Shown piece after piece: positions 1 through 6,571 of a DNA stretch of 14,149 nucleotides; within the stretch, counting starts at the first letter, position 1; each line of letters begins with the position of its first letter. The position numbers and the translations under genes are program-made. The notes beneath the pieces were generated by a model. The model did no database searches. It was not told the origin of the DNA and saw only the letters and a list, made by a program, of their open reading frames with translations. Source of the DNA: Candidatus Heimdallarchaeota archaeon (GTDB taxonomy: Archaea; Asgardarchaeota; Heimdallarchaeia; Heimdallarchaeales; Heimdallarchaeaceae); the NCBI GenBank assembly GCA_030668875.1, contig DAOVER010000067.1:1-14149 (forward strand), written 5' to 3'.

Positions 1-422
1 GCGTTGCTCCCACCGACTGCAAAAATTCCTTCAAGCGTACAGTTAATAATAGTTGTTCCACCAGAAGTGCCTCCATCGACATACACTCCATAGGTTGAAC
101 CTTTTATATTGGAATCTCTAAGTACAAAATAAGAGTTAACATAATAAAAGTGAACTGCATTACTGTCTGTTGTGTTAATATTGAGGTTTTCGATGATGTA
201 AGGATCATCAATAGCACCTGTTCCGGAGGAACTAAAAGAAGCTATATTAGTATCATTGATTAAAATTCCATCAGTTAGTGTAAGATTAATCTCTCGTATG
301 TGTCCGTTTTCATTTTCTAATGTTGCAAGACTACCACTAGTTGCTTGAAACATTAAAGCAAATATAATAAAGATTGTTAGACAAATCTTTATTGTTAATT
401 TAGTTATTTTTAGTTGATTCAT
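1..422 (-). CDS. Secreted right-handed parallel beta-helix (NosD/CASH-like) protein, N-terminal 140 codons; runs off the left edge
   Basis: Not in the ORF track; translated by hand from ATG at 422: MNQLKITKLTIKICLTIFIIFALMFQATSGSLA (signal peptide) ... SSSGTGAIDDPYIIENLNINTTDSNAVHFYYVNSYFVLRDSNIKGSTYGVYVDGG...IINCTLEG. The GxGxxxDPYIIENLxI lead-in and short beta-rich repeats are typical of archaeal NosD-like surface proteins. No stop before position 1. Confidence 0.8.
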   Translation of the reverse strand, partial: MNQLKITKLTIKICLTIFIIFALMFQATSGSLATLENENGHIREINLTLTDGILINDTNIASFSSSGTGAIDDPYIIENLNINTTDSNAVHFYYVNSYFVLRDSNIKGSTYGVYVDGGTSGGTTIINCTLEGIFAVGGSN

Positions 423-450
423 TTTTACGGTAAAGGCAACGAATGAGTTC

Positions 451-463
451 TTTTTTAAACTTT
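451..463 (-). promoter_or_regulatory. Putative BRE/TATA promoter of the beta-helix gene
   Basis: Minus strand reads AAAGTTTAAAAAA; TTTAAA begins 37 nt upstream of ATG 422. Confidence 0.5.
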
Positions 464-673
464 GTTTTACTATCCAGAGATGTTAACATTCCTCGCACAA
501 GTGTGTGATTCTGTTTCTATTTTTCTTTTATCTTTTTAAGTTCAATTCTCTATTATACAGATGTAGTATATGGGAATTACATGAATATATAAAAAAAAGC
601 ACGTTAGTTAAGGTAGAACTACATAAATTGACGTTATAATAGTCTTTGAAAATTATTTACGGTGATACAAAAA

Positions 674-844
674 ATGAGTTATGGCATTAAAAACGGTATC
701 TTGAAAGAGCTTGAAGAGGAGCTATGTGACAGATTGGGAAGGATTCTACAAATCAAAGAAGTGAAAGTTGAAGAAAAAGAAAGCAGAGAAATGTTACTTG
801 ATCTTCTAAAAGGCGCTGATGAAGTATTAACTAAATGGTTGTAA
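674..844 (+). CDS. Small acidic helical hypothetical protein (56 aa from ATG 674; the track starts at GTG 662)
   Basis: GGTGA Shine-Dalgarno-like motif at 661-665 upstream of ATG 674; Glu/Lys/Leu-rich amphipathic sequence; T-tracts immediately after the stop. Confidence 0.55.
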   Translation: MSYGIKNGILKELEEELCDRLGRILQIKEVKVEEKESREMLLDLLKGADEVLTKWL

Positions 845-845
845 A

Positions 846-869
846 CTTTTTCCTAAAAACACCTTTTTT
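846..869 (+). terminator. Possible archaeal oligo-T terminator after the small ORF
   Basis: CTTTTT and CCTTTTTT tracts within 25 nt of the TAA at 842-844. Confidence 0.3.
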
Positions 870-1026
870 ACTTGTGATTTATCAAGAATAGAATGGAGCC
901 AGTTGTTTTATCATGTCATAGGTGGAAAACTCTGACAAAGTGAAGCTAACTCCATAATAATATCTAATTTACATCAATTTAAATTTTTGCTTTGACAAAA
1001 ATAAACTTATTTTGTGCAGAATCAGA

Positions 1027-2775
1027 TTAAAGTGCAAATAATACTCCTTGTGGAAGTATTAATAACTGCAACAAAAATGCTTGAATGAACGCTGTAATAT
1101 AGTCATTTTTGGTTATTTTCTGAACTAGAATGCTAACTGCAACTGATAATCCGAGTATTATTAATCCATTAAAGCTTCCTAGCATTCCAGAGAAAGACCC
1201 TAAAACTAGATAGAAGAGGGCTAGTAGGAAGAAAGGCACAAATCCGATTAGTGTGGAAAGAGTAAGATATAATTTTGATTTTCCAAAAGAACGCAACATC
1301 ATTTTCATTTCAAACAAACTGATATAGAATCCTATAGAAGTAAAGAAACTAAATATTATCAACCAGAAAATCCTTGATGTTGGGAAAACATACCACAGTC
1401 CTGTATTAACAAATAATGAGCTTAAGAGTATAATAACTGCTCCAGCTAGAACAGAAAGAACAGGTTTAACCCAGTTATAGTCTTTGTTTAAAAGATATTT
1501 GAGTTTGATCTTAAAGATTGCAGATTTCGTTAATAATTCTTCATCTTCAACTTCTAAATCTTGGAAACCAAATCTCATCCTTCCCGTTACACCTGGCATT
1601 TTCCCTATGAGATACAGAATTAGGAGCATGATACCATAACCGCTAATAAAACCAACATAGATAAGGTTGAAGATAGGTAAATCTATTGGAATTAATATAA
1701 ACAGTCCACACAGAAGAGCTGCTATTGGCAATCCGCCTAACCAGAGAAGTAATTTTGACCATAGAAACTTTCTTGGTTCTGATACTACAGCTGCATGGTC
1801 ATCATTTCCCAATCTTGTTTCTTTTAAGGGATCAAAAGATAATATGGTTAAAATGATTGCAGAAAAAAGACTCAAAGAACCTATTATCCAGAATATTATT
1901 CTCATTACAGTAGCATCAACATTTATTGATTCTACAGGAAACACCATCAAATCAACAGTCCATTCTTTTGCTTTTTTCATCACTCTTACTGAGAAAACTT
2001 CGTGATTGTGAAACAGATTCTTGACGATTAATAATTCCCTTGTTTTACCTTGAATGTTAGTAAATTGAGCATTGTAATCTGTTGTTTGTTGATCAGTCAA
2101 TTGTTCATAAAGCAAGAAAGCTGATTCAACAGGAAGTACATCATCCCATGAACCACTAATCATGATAAGGTTAGTTTCGGGAGTTTCAGCACTTAAACCT
2201 TGAACCCAAGCTAGCTCTGAATCTGTTTTTCCTGTGAAAAAACTAGGTTGAGCATTGACGTCGAGATTCAATTGTGTCCCTAACAAGATTAACCCATTAA
2301 CTGGATGGGGGTCATAAGTAACAGCTTGTAAAGCAACTCGTGCACCTATTGAATGCCCTAACATGATAATTTCAGAATTGTTCAATCCTGCAAGGTTAAT
2401 GAATTCGTTCTTTGCTAGTAATGTCTGATTCGCCAATCTATCAGTTTGAGCATAATCAAATCCTAACGATCCATCAGATCGACCGTGCCCTGAGAAATCA
2501 AATGCGAAGAGATGAAAACCAAACTCTGCAAATTCAGTAAGGATGTTTTTCATAGTAACATGATCAGTACCAAATCCTTCTAGAACCATTAAACCAACAT
2601 TTACTGTGCCAGGATAGTATTTGCCCCTTAGAGTATCTCCAGTGATAGGTTCAGTCATCGTTACATCTTGATAATTAGAAAGAGCACTATCGTTTACTTG
2701 TAACATTGTTATTGAAACAAATACTAACAAGAAAGATACAAGTGACAAAATGATTTTTACTTGAAATTTTCTCAT
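1027..2775 (-). CDS. Membrane-anchored alpha/beta-fold serine hydrolase with about 8 C-terminal TM helices
   Basis: N-terminal signal/anchor; FDFSGHGRSDG; nucleophile elbow GHSIG; candidate acid in SWDDVLP; candidate His in LFHNHE; long hydrophobic C-terminal half. Confidence 0.9.
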   Translation of the reverse strand: MRKFQVKIILSLVSFLLVFVSITMLQVNDSALSNYQDVTMTEPITGDTLRGKYYPGTVNVGLMVLEGFGTDHVTMKNILTEFAEFGFHLFAFDFSGHGRSDGSLGFDYAQTDRLANQTLLAKNEFINLAGLNNSEIIMLGHSIGARVALQAVTYDPHPVNGLILLGTQLNLDVNAQPSFFTGKTDSELAWVQGLSAETPETNLIMISGSWDDVLPVESAFLLYEQLTDQQTTDYNAQFTNIQGKTRELLIVKNLFHNHEVFSVRVMKKAKEWTVDLMVFPVESINVDATVMRIIFWIIGSLSLFSAIILTILSFDPLKETRLGNDDHAAVVSEPRKFLWSKLLLWLGGLPIAALLCGLFILIPIDLPIFNLIYVGFISGYGIMLLILYLIGKMPGVTGRMRFGFQDLEVEDEELLTKSAIFKIKLKYLLNKDYNWVKPVLSVLAGAVIILLSSLFVNTGLWYVFPTSRIFWLIIFSFFTSIGFYISLFEMKMMLRSFGKSKLYLTLSTLIGFVPFFLLALFYLVLGSFSGMLGSFNGLIILGLSVAVSILVQKITKNDYITAFIQAFLLQLLILPQGVLFAL

Positions 2776-2801
2776 GGTCTACAATTACCATCTATGCCAC
2801 A

Positions 2802-2817
2802 CTTATAAAAGATTTTT
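2802..2817 (-). promoter_or_regulatory. Putative BRE/TATA promoter of the hydrolase
   Basis: Minus strand reads AAAAATCTTTTATAAG, about 35 nt upstream of ATG 2775. Confidence 0.6.
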
Positions 2818-2871
2818 TTGAATCAAAAAGCAAAACAGAAAATAATCATATCTAAAAAGAGTTGAAGGGGG

Positions 2872-3705
2872 CTATCTTAGCAACTTTAACACATTCTCAG
2901 AATAATTAAATTCACGATCCTTACACAATTCAATATATTCTTGTCTTACATCATCTAATCTTGGTACTTTCATGCTTTTTAATTGTCCAAATATCAACGG
3001 ATTGTTCATCGCAGCTCTTCCAATCATAACGCCAACACAACCCATTTCCTCCATTTTTTTTACGTCCTCTTTAGTTTTAATATCTCCATTGGCTACAATG
3101 TTTTTTCCTGTCTTAACGCATTCAGAAAAAACTCTCCAATCTGCTTTTACTTCATATGACTCGGACCTATGTCTGGCATGTACTACGAAAAAATCTGCAT
3201 CTGCTTTTTCTATTAATTTGAGATAGACTTTCTCTCTCTTCTCTGTCCTATTTACTCCTAGACGCAATTTGATATTAACATTGTAACCATGATCTTTTAC
3301 AATTTCAACCATTCTTTTGATTTTTGTTGGTCTTTTAATCATTGCACTTCCTATGCCTTGTTTAACATAAGTTTGTGAAGGACAACCAAAATTAAGATTA
3401 AAACCTTCAAAACCTTTTTCTGGGGTAAAATCTGACATAAACTCAACTAATTTTTGCTCGTCTTTACCCATAATTTGGATCATTGTAGGGGTATCATCAT
3501 AAAGCTTAATTCTCTTCAAAGCAGATTTATTTTTCTTCACCAATGTTTCAAATCTTATTAGTTCGGTAAAAGTAAGATCTGCACCATATTTATGACAAAG
3601 ATATCTAAAACTGGAATCGGATATCTTTTCCATAGGTGCAAGCATATACTCCATGATAATTTGTTGTTTCTTTGTGTCTTTAAACATTTTTTGTTTAGAT
3701 ATCAT
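2872..3705 (-). CDS. dus: tRNA-dihydrouridine synthase family protein (FMN TIM barrel)
   Basis: LAPME, GADLTFTE, NLNFGCP (catalytic Cys), GIGSAMIKRP, VKLRLG-like IKLRLG, VHAR, VANGDI, GVMIGRAA. Alternative starts at ATG 3687 or 3654. Confidence 0.93.
   Translation of the reverse strand: MISKQKMFKDTKKQQIIMEYMLAPMEKISDSSFRYLCHKYGADLTFTELIRFETLVKKNKSALKRIKLYDDTPTMIQIMGKDEQKLVEFMSDFTPEKGFEGFNLNFGCPSQTYVKQGIGSAMIKRPTKIKRMVEIVKDHGYNVNIKLRLGVNRTEKREKVYLKLIEKADADFFVVHARHRSESYEVKADWRVFSECVKTGKNIVANGDIKTKEDVKKMEEMGCVGVMIGRAAMNNPLIFGQLKSMKVPRLDDVRQEYIELCKDREFNYSENVLKLLR
3542..3693. repeat. Left copy of a 152-bp direct repeat (dus 5' end); partner 6340-6491
   Basis: Hand alignment, ungapped, offset 2798: 18 mismatches in 152 bp (~88%). 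The first 14 bp, AATGTTTCAAATCT, are identical. Confidence 0.95.
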
Positions 3706-3733
3706 TAGAGAATGTAAATGGAAGGATAAAATC

Positions 3734-3823
3734 TTTTGGAAGGGATTTCAAATGGTCTACCCGAATGGTGAAAGTTCTAGCTAAGAAACCTATTCTTATT
3801 GATGCCTTTGCGCAATTGTGTAA
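3734..3823 (+). pseudogene. Internal fragment of a GGR-family gene (FGRDFKWSTRMVKVLAKKPILIDAFAQLC), homologous to 7606-7695
   Basis: Ungapped hand alignment, offset 3872: 6 mismatches in 90 bp, 5 synonymous and 1 non-synonymous (F/L); no start codon for the homologous frame at its 5' end. Confidence 0.92.
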
Positions 3824-3950
3824 ATTAAGATTAAAATGAGGAAGAGCACAGTTTTCAAATGATTTTTTGACATAGTTTTTACTCTTGCTATCCCATTCTG
3901 CTGGTTCTAAGAGACTTTTTGTGTTGCTTTATTTAACTTATACTTAATTT

Positions 3951-3962
3951 CTTATAAAGTTC
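3951..3962 (-). promoter_or_regulatory. Putative TATA element pointing toward the GGR relic and dus
   Basis: Minus strand reads GAACTTTATAAG; same TTTATAAG core as the hydrolase promoter. Confidence 0.4.
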
Positions 3963-4377
3963 ATCACATGCTTATCAGAAACATTTAATCGTATTCTTGA
4001 AAATAAAATGAAGAAACTAAGTTTACAAAAACTTATATGAAAGGGAAGGTTTAATACACGTACATTAACTACCTTGGTGAAGATAAGGTTGTTACAGTTA
4101 CAGATACTTCACTTAATCAAATTCTCAAACACCCAACTTGCAAAAGCATAGGAGTATTTGTCCAATAACCATCTATGTCTCAATATCTATAGTAAATGGA
4201 GAAACAGAAAAAAAATAAAAGGATTATAAAAAAATACGATTTCAACATTTTTATTATCTATGAAATATAGTGCTAAAATCTCTGCGAAGATAACAATTTT
4301 TCGAAAAATCGGTCTTAAGAAAACTGTTCTAGCTTCTGGTTGAACAATTGCGAAAAATGTGAAATAGATTATAAGCT

Positions 4378-4893
4378 TTATGATCTTGTATTTTCCTTAC
4401 TAAGAGTTTTTGAATGTGCTTTTTTTATCTTTTTTTCCACTATTTTAACAATAAACACACCTACTACAGCAACAATTAGAGAAATTAAACAAGCAATAGA
4501 AGTATAGATTAATGTTGCAAAGCTTGATGTATATGGATAATCAATAAAAGGAAGCACTATGAAACATAGACCAAGGCTTATCAATCCAATAATATTGAAG
4601 ACAGAGAAACTTTTTTGTGAGTTCTCTTTTTTATAGGAAAGGTAAAGTATAAGTGTAGTATAAATGAGGGCGAAAAGTGCAGGAATAATAATGGGTAAAA
4701 AGGCTTGTGTTTTAAATAATTCTTCAAAGAAATTAATATAATTTTCAAATCCTATCAAGAGCGTAATTAAAAAAAAGAATGAGTAAGTTGCTGAACAAAG
4801 TGTCAAAATAATGATTTTGATTTTCTTATGATCTAACTTATTAGAAGTTTGTTTTGTTACTTCTTGTGATTCTATTTCGAAGCTTTTTCCCAT
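4378..4893 (-). CDS. Hypothetical 4-TM membrane protein (171 aa)
   Basis: Four hydrophobic segments with Lys-rich termini; starts 4 nt after the stop of the upstream 416-aa gene, so probably co-transcribed. Confidence 0.8.
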   Translation of the reverse strand: MGKSFEIESQEVTKQTSNKLDHKKIKIIILTLCSATYSFFFLITLLIGFENYINFFEELFKTQAFLPIIIPALFALIYTTLILYLSYKKENSQKSFSVFNIIGLISLGLCFIVLPFIDYPYTSSFATLIYTSIACLISLIVAVVGVFIVKIVEKKIKKAHSKTLSKENTRS

Positions 4894-4897
4894 TCTA

Positions 4898-6148
4898 TTA
4901 CTCTCCTATAAAGCCTATGTGTGCAAAAACTGAGGGGTTAAATCCTCTTTTCATCAACCAATTCTCTACATATAGTGATATTAAATTGAAGGTTTTTATA
5001 ATAGCATTGTTATTAGAATAAAAATCATATAATAAATCTAATCTTGAATTTATTTCTGCAAAGTAAATACCTATAATTGCTTCTTTATTTATTCCAGCCT
5101 GCTTTAAAACATCATCAAGAGTTTTATCTTCGTATAATGTTGAGTGTAAGAATTTAGTTTTTCCTCCATCTTGATATTCCAACTTTATTGATTGAATATC
5201 CCAATTGTATATCTTTGCAAGCTCCATAAATTCTGTTATCAAGGTAGGATTTTCTAGTGTTAACAACGTGTTAACAGTCTTGTTACTATTCTTGGTCATC
5301 TCCCTTTCAAGTAAACTTAAAGACCATTTGTTAAAATCGTTTCTCTTAATAGTATCACCGTTAAAACCTAAATCTGATACAATTTTAAATTCGCTATCTG
5401 ATATTTTTCTTACTTCAATATTCAGATTGATCTTAGGAATCTTCAAAATTTCTAGTCTAGTACTTTTACGTAATGAAAGTGGTATATAAGTGTGTTCTTT
5501 TTCTGTTGAACGTATAAAAGGTCCTCCTCCACTACTTGTTATTTCAAAAGTAAATTCTTCTCGTAGAAGATGATCATAATCATTACAGCCAAGACCAAAT
5601 CCTTCTACCTCTGAAGTAAGCCAATGTGAATTTCGGTAAAAACCTGCTGTTAGAGCTTGGAAACCTCTCCAAAAAGAAGTAACGAAATAATCTTGTTCTG
5701 GGTTTAAATTAATATCAGGATCCCTAACATGAAGTTCCCATTCAGGATCGTCTTCTACCTCATAGTCAACAAAAGTATCTGAGATGGTTGTAACATAATC
5801 ACCATCATAATTAAAATAATGGATGGCAGAGCCACTAATTCTTCGTTCTTCTATTTCATGAGCATAATGATATCCTCTTCTCCACCATTTATGGAAATAA
5901 TCTTGAAAAGCTTGATCAACTGTAAAATGCGATGTAAGTGCCATGTTTGGAATAATATAATGACTACCATCAGGTATGTGAGTATTTGAAAAGCTTGTTC
6001 TTAAATTATATAAATAAGGAGAAAAATCAAATGTGTGTCCTTCATTATCATCTTGGTATACTAAAGCAGTAACTGAATTAGAAGGTATAATGAAAATACA
6101 TAAAATTATTGAAACTATCAATATCCTTTTTTTAGTTTTTAAAATCAC
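4898..6148 (-). CDS. Hypothetical secreted protein (416 aa, GTG start)
   Basis: Signal peptide MILKTKKRILIVSIILCIFIIPSNSVTA; long open frame; TATA-like element about 29 nt upstream. No family recognised. Confidence 0.85.
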   Translation of the reverse strand: MILKTKKRILIVSIILCIFIIPSNSVTALVYQDDNEGHTFDFSPYLYNLRTSFSNTHIPDGSHYIIPNMALTSHFTVDQAFQDYFHKWWRRGYHYAHEIEERRISGSAIHYFNYDGDYVTTISDTFVDYEVEDDPEWELHVRDPDINLNPEQDYFVTSFWRGFQALTAGFYRNSHWLTSEVEGFGLGCNDYDHLLREEFTFEITSSGGGPFIRSTEKEHTYIPLSLRKSTRLEILKIPKINLNIEVRKISDSEFKIVSDLGFNGDTIKRNDFNKWSLSLLEREMTKNSNKTVNTLLTLENPTLITEFMELAKIYNWDIQSIKLEYQDGGKTKFLHSTLYEDKTLDDVLKQAGINKEAIIGIYFAEINSRLDLLYDFYSNNNAIIKTFNLISLYVENWLMKRGFNPSVFAHIGFIGE

Positions 6149-6170
6149 ATTTTCAATATATTTCCTTAGT

Positions 6171-6183
6171 ATATAAAAATCTT
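6171..6183 (-). promoter_or_regulatory. Putative BRE/TATA promoter of the cargo operon
   Basis: Minus strand reads AAGATTTTTATAT upstream of GTG 6148. Confidence 0.55.
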
Positions 6184-6332
6184 CCTTTAATTAGAACTTC
6201 CGCAATAAGACTTTTTCCCTACATTGATGTAAAATCCAAAGCAATTGTGTTATAATTCCTTTCTCAATTTCTTTCATTGTTATAAGTCTTCTATTCTCAT
6301 CTCTAAAATGTTCAACTCAGGGTATGAACAAA

Positions 6333-6491
6333 TCAGCTGAATGTTTCAAATCTAGTTAGTTCTGTAAAAGTGAGATCAGCACCGTATTTTTGGTATAAGT
6401 ATCTAAAACTGGAATTGGTTATCTTTTCCATAGGTGCAAGCATATATTCCATGATAGCTTGTTGTTTCTTTGTATCTTTAAACATTTTTTG
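6333..6491 (-). pseudogene. dus: Truncated dus 5' fragment (50 codons from ATG 6485: MFKDTKKQQAIMEYMLAPMEKITNSSFRYLYQKYGADLTFTELTRFETFS*)
   Basis: ~88% identical to 3542-3693; 8 synonymous and 6 non-synonymous codon differences; homology stops at 6340 and TGA follows at 6335-6333. Confidence 0.93.
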
Positions 6492-6531
6492 ATTTACATG
6501 ATTTCAGCTTTGACAAAAACAAACCAGCACT

Positions 6532-6542
6532 AAATTTAAATT
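6532..6542. promoter_or_regulatory. Palindromic TATA-like element between the divergent dus fragment and GGR
   Basis: AAATTTAAATT; TTTAAA begins 37 nt upstream of ATG 6572 and reads the same on both strands. Confidence 0.45.
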
Positions 6543-6571
6543 AAACCTAGTTTCTGAATTAGATTGATAAG

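Larger units (their letters stand above)
3542..6353. mobile_element. Putative ~2.8 kb genomic islet integrated in the dus 5' region, bounded by AATGTTTCAAATCT; no integrase visible
   Basis: Intact dus at one end and a displaced, diverged dus 5' fragment at the other; uncharacterised cargo genes and ORF-poor debris in between. The mobile origin is inference. Confidence 0.5.

Noticed and set aside
893-955. Eukaryote-like SECIS element (reported in some Asgard archaea)
   Set aside because: No convincing AUGA/GA core with the right helix spacing, and neither flanking gene shows an in-frame UGA read-through.
1667-2005. 112-aa plus-strand ORF
   Set aside because: Antisense shadow of the hydrolase gene; no recognisable features.
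2972-3226. 84-aa plus-strand ORF
   Set aside because: Antisense shadow of dus.
4190-4390. Hydrophobic ~65-codon open frame on the minus strand downstream of the 4-TM gene
   Set aside because: No start codon and low-complexity AT-rich composition; cannot be distinguished from chance.
5205-5489. 94-aa plus-strand ORF
   Set aside because: Antisense shadow of the secreted cargo gene.
6200-6332. Degraded tyrosine integrase next to the right junction (broken frames reading ILEMRIEDL and EIEKGII, reminiscent of box I L..LR..DI...G.I)
   Set aside because: Interrupted by stops and a frameshift, with no catalytic Arg or HxxR motif in register. The resemblance is too short to support; a tblastn of 6184-6340 would settle it.
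3734-6491. CRISPR spacer or mini-array targeting host genes
   Set aside because: No flanking direct repeats or cas genes; the fragments are 90 and 152 bp and behave as diverged coding sequence.
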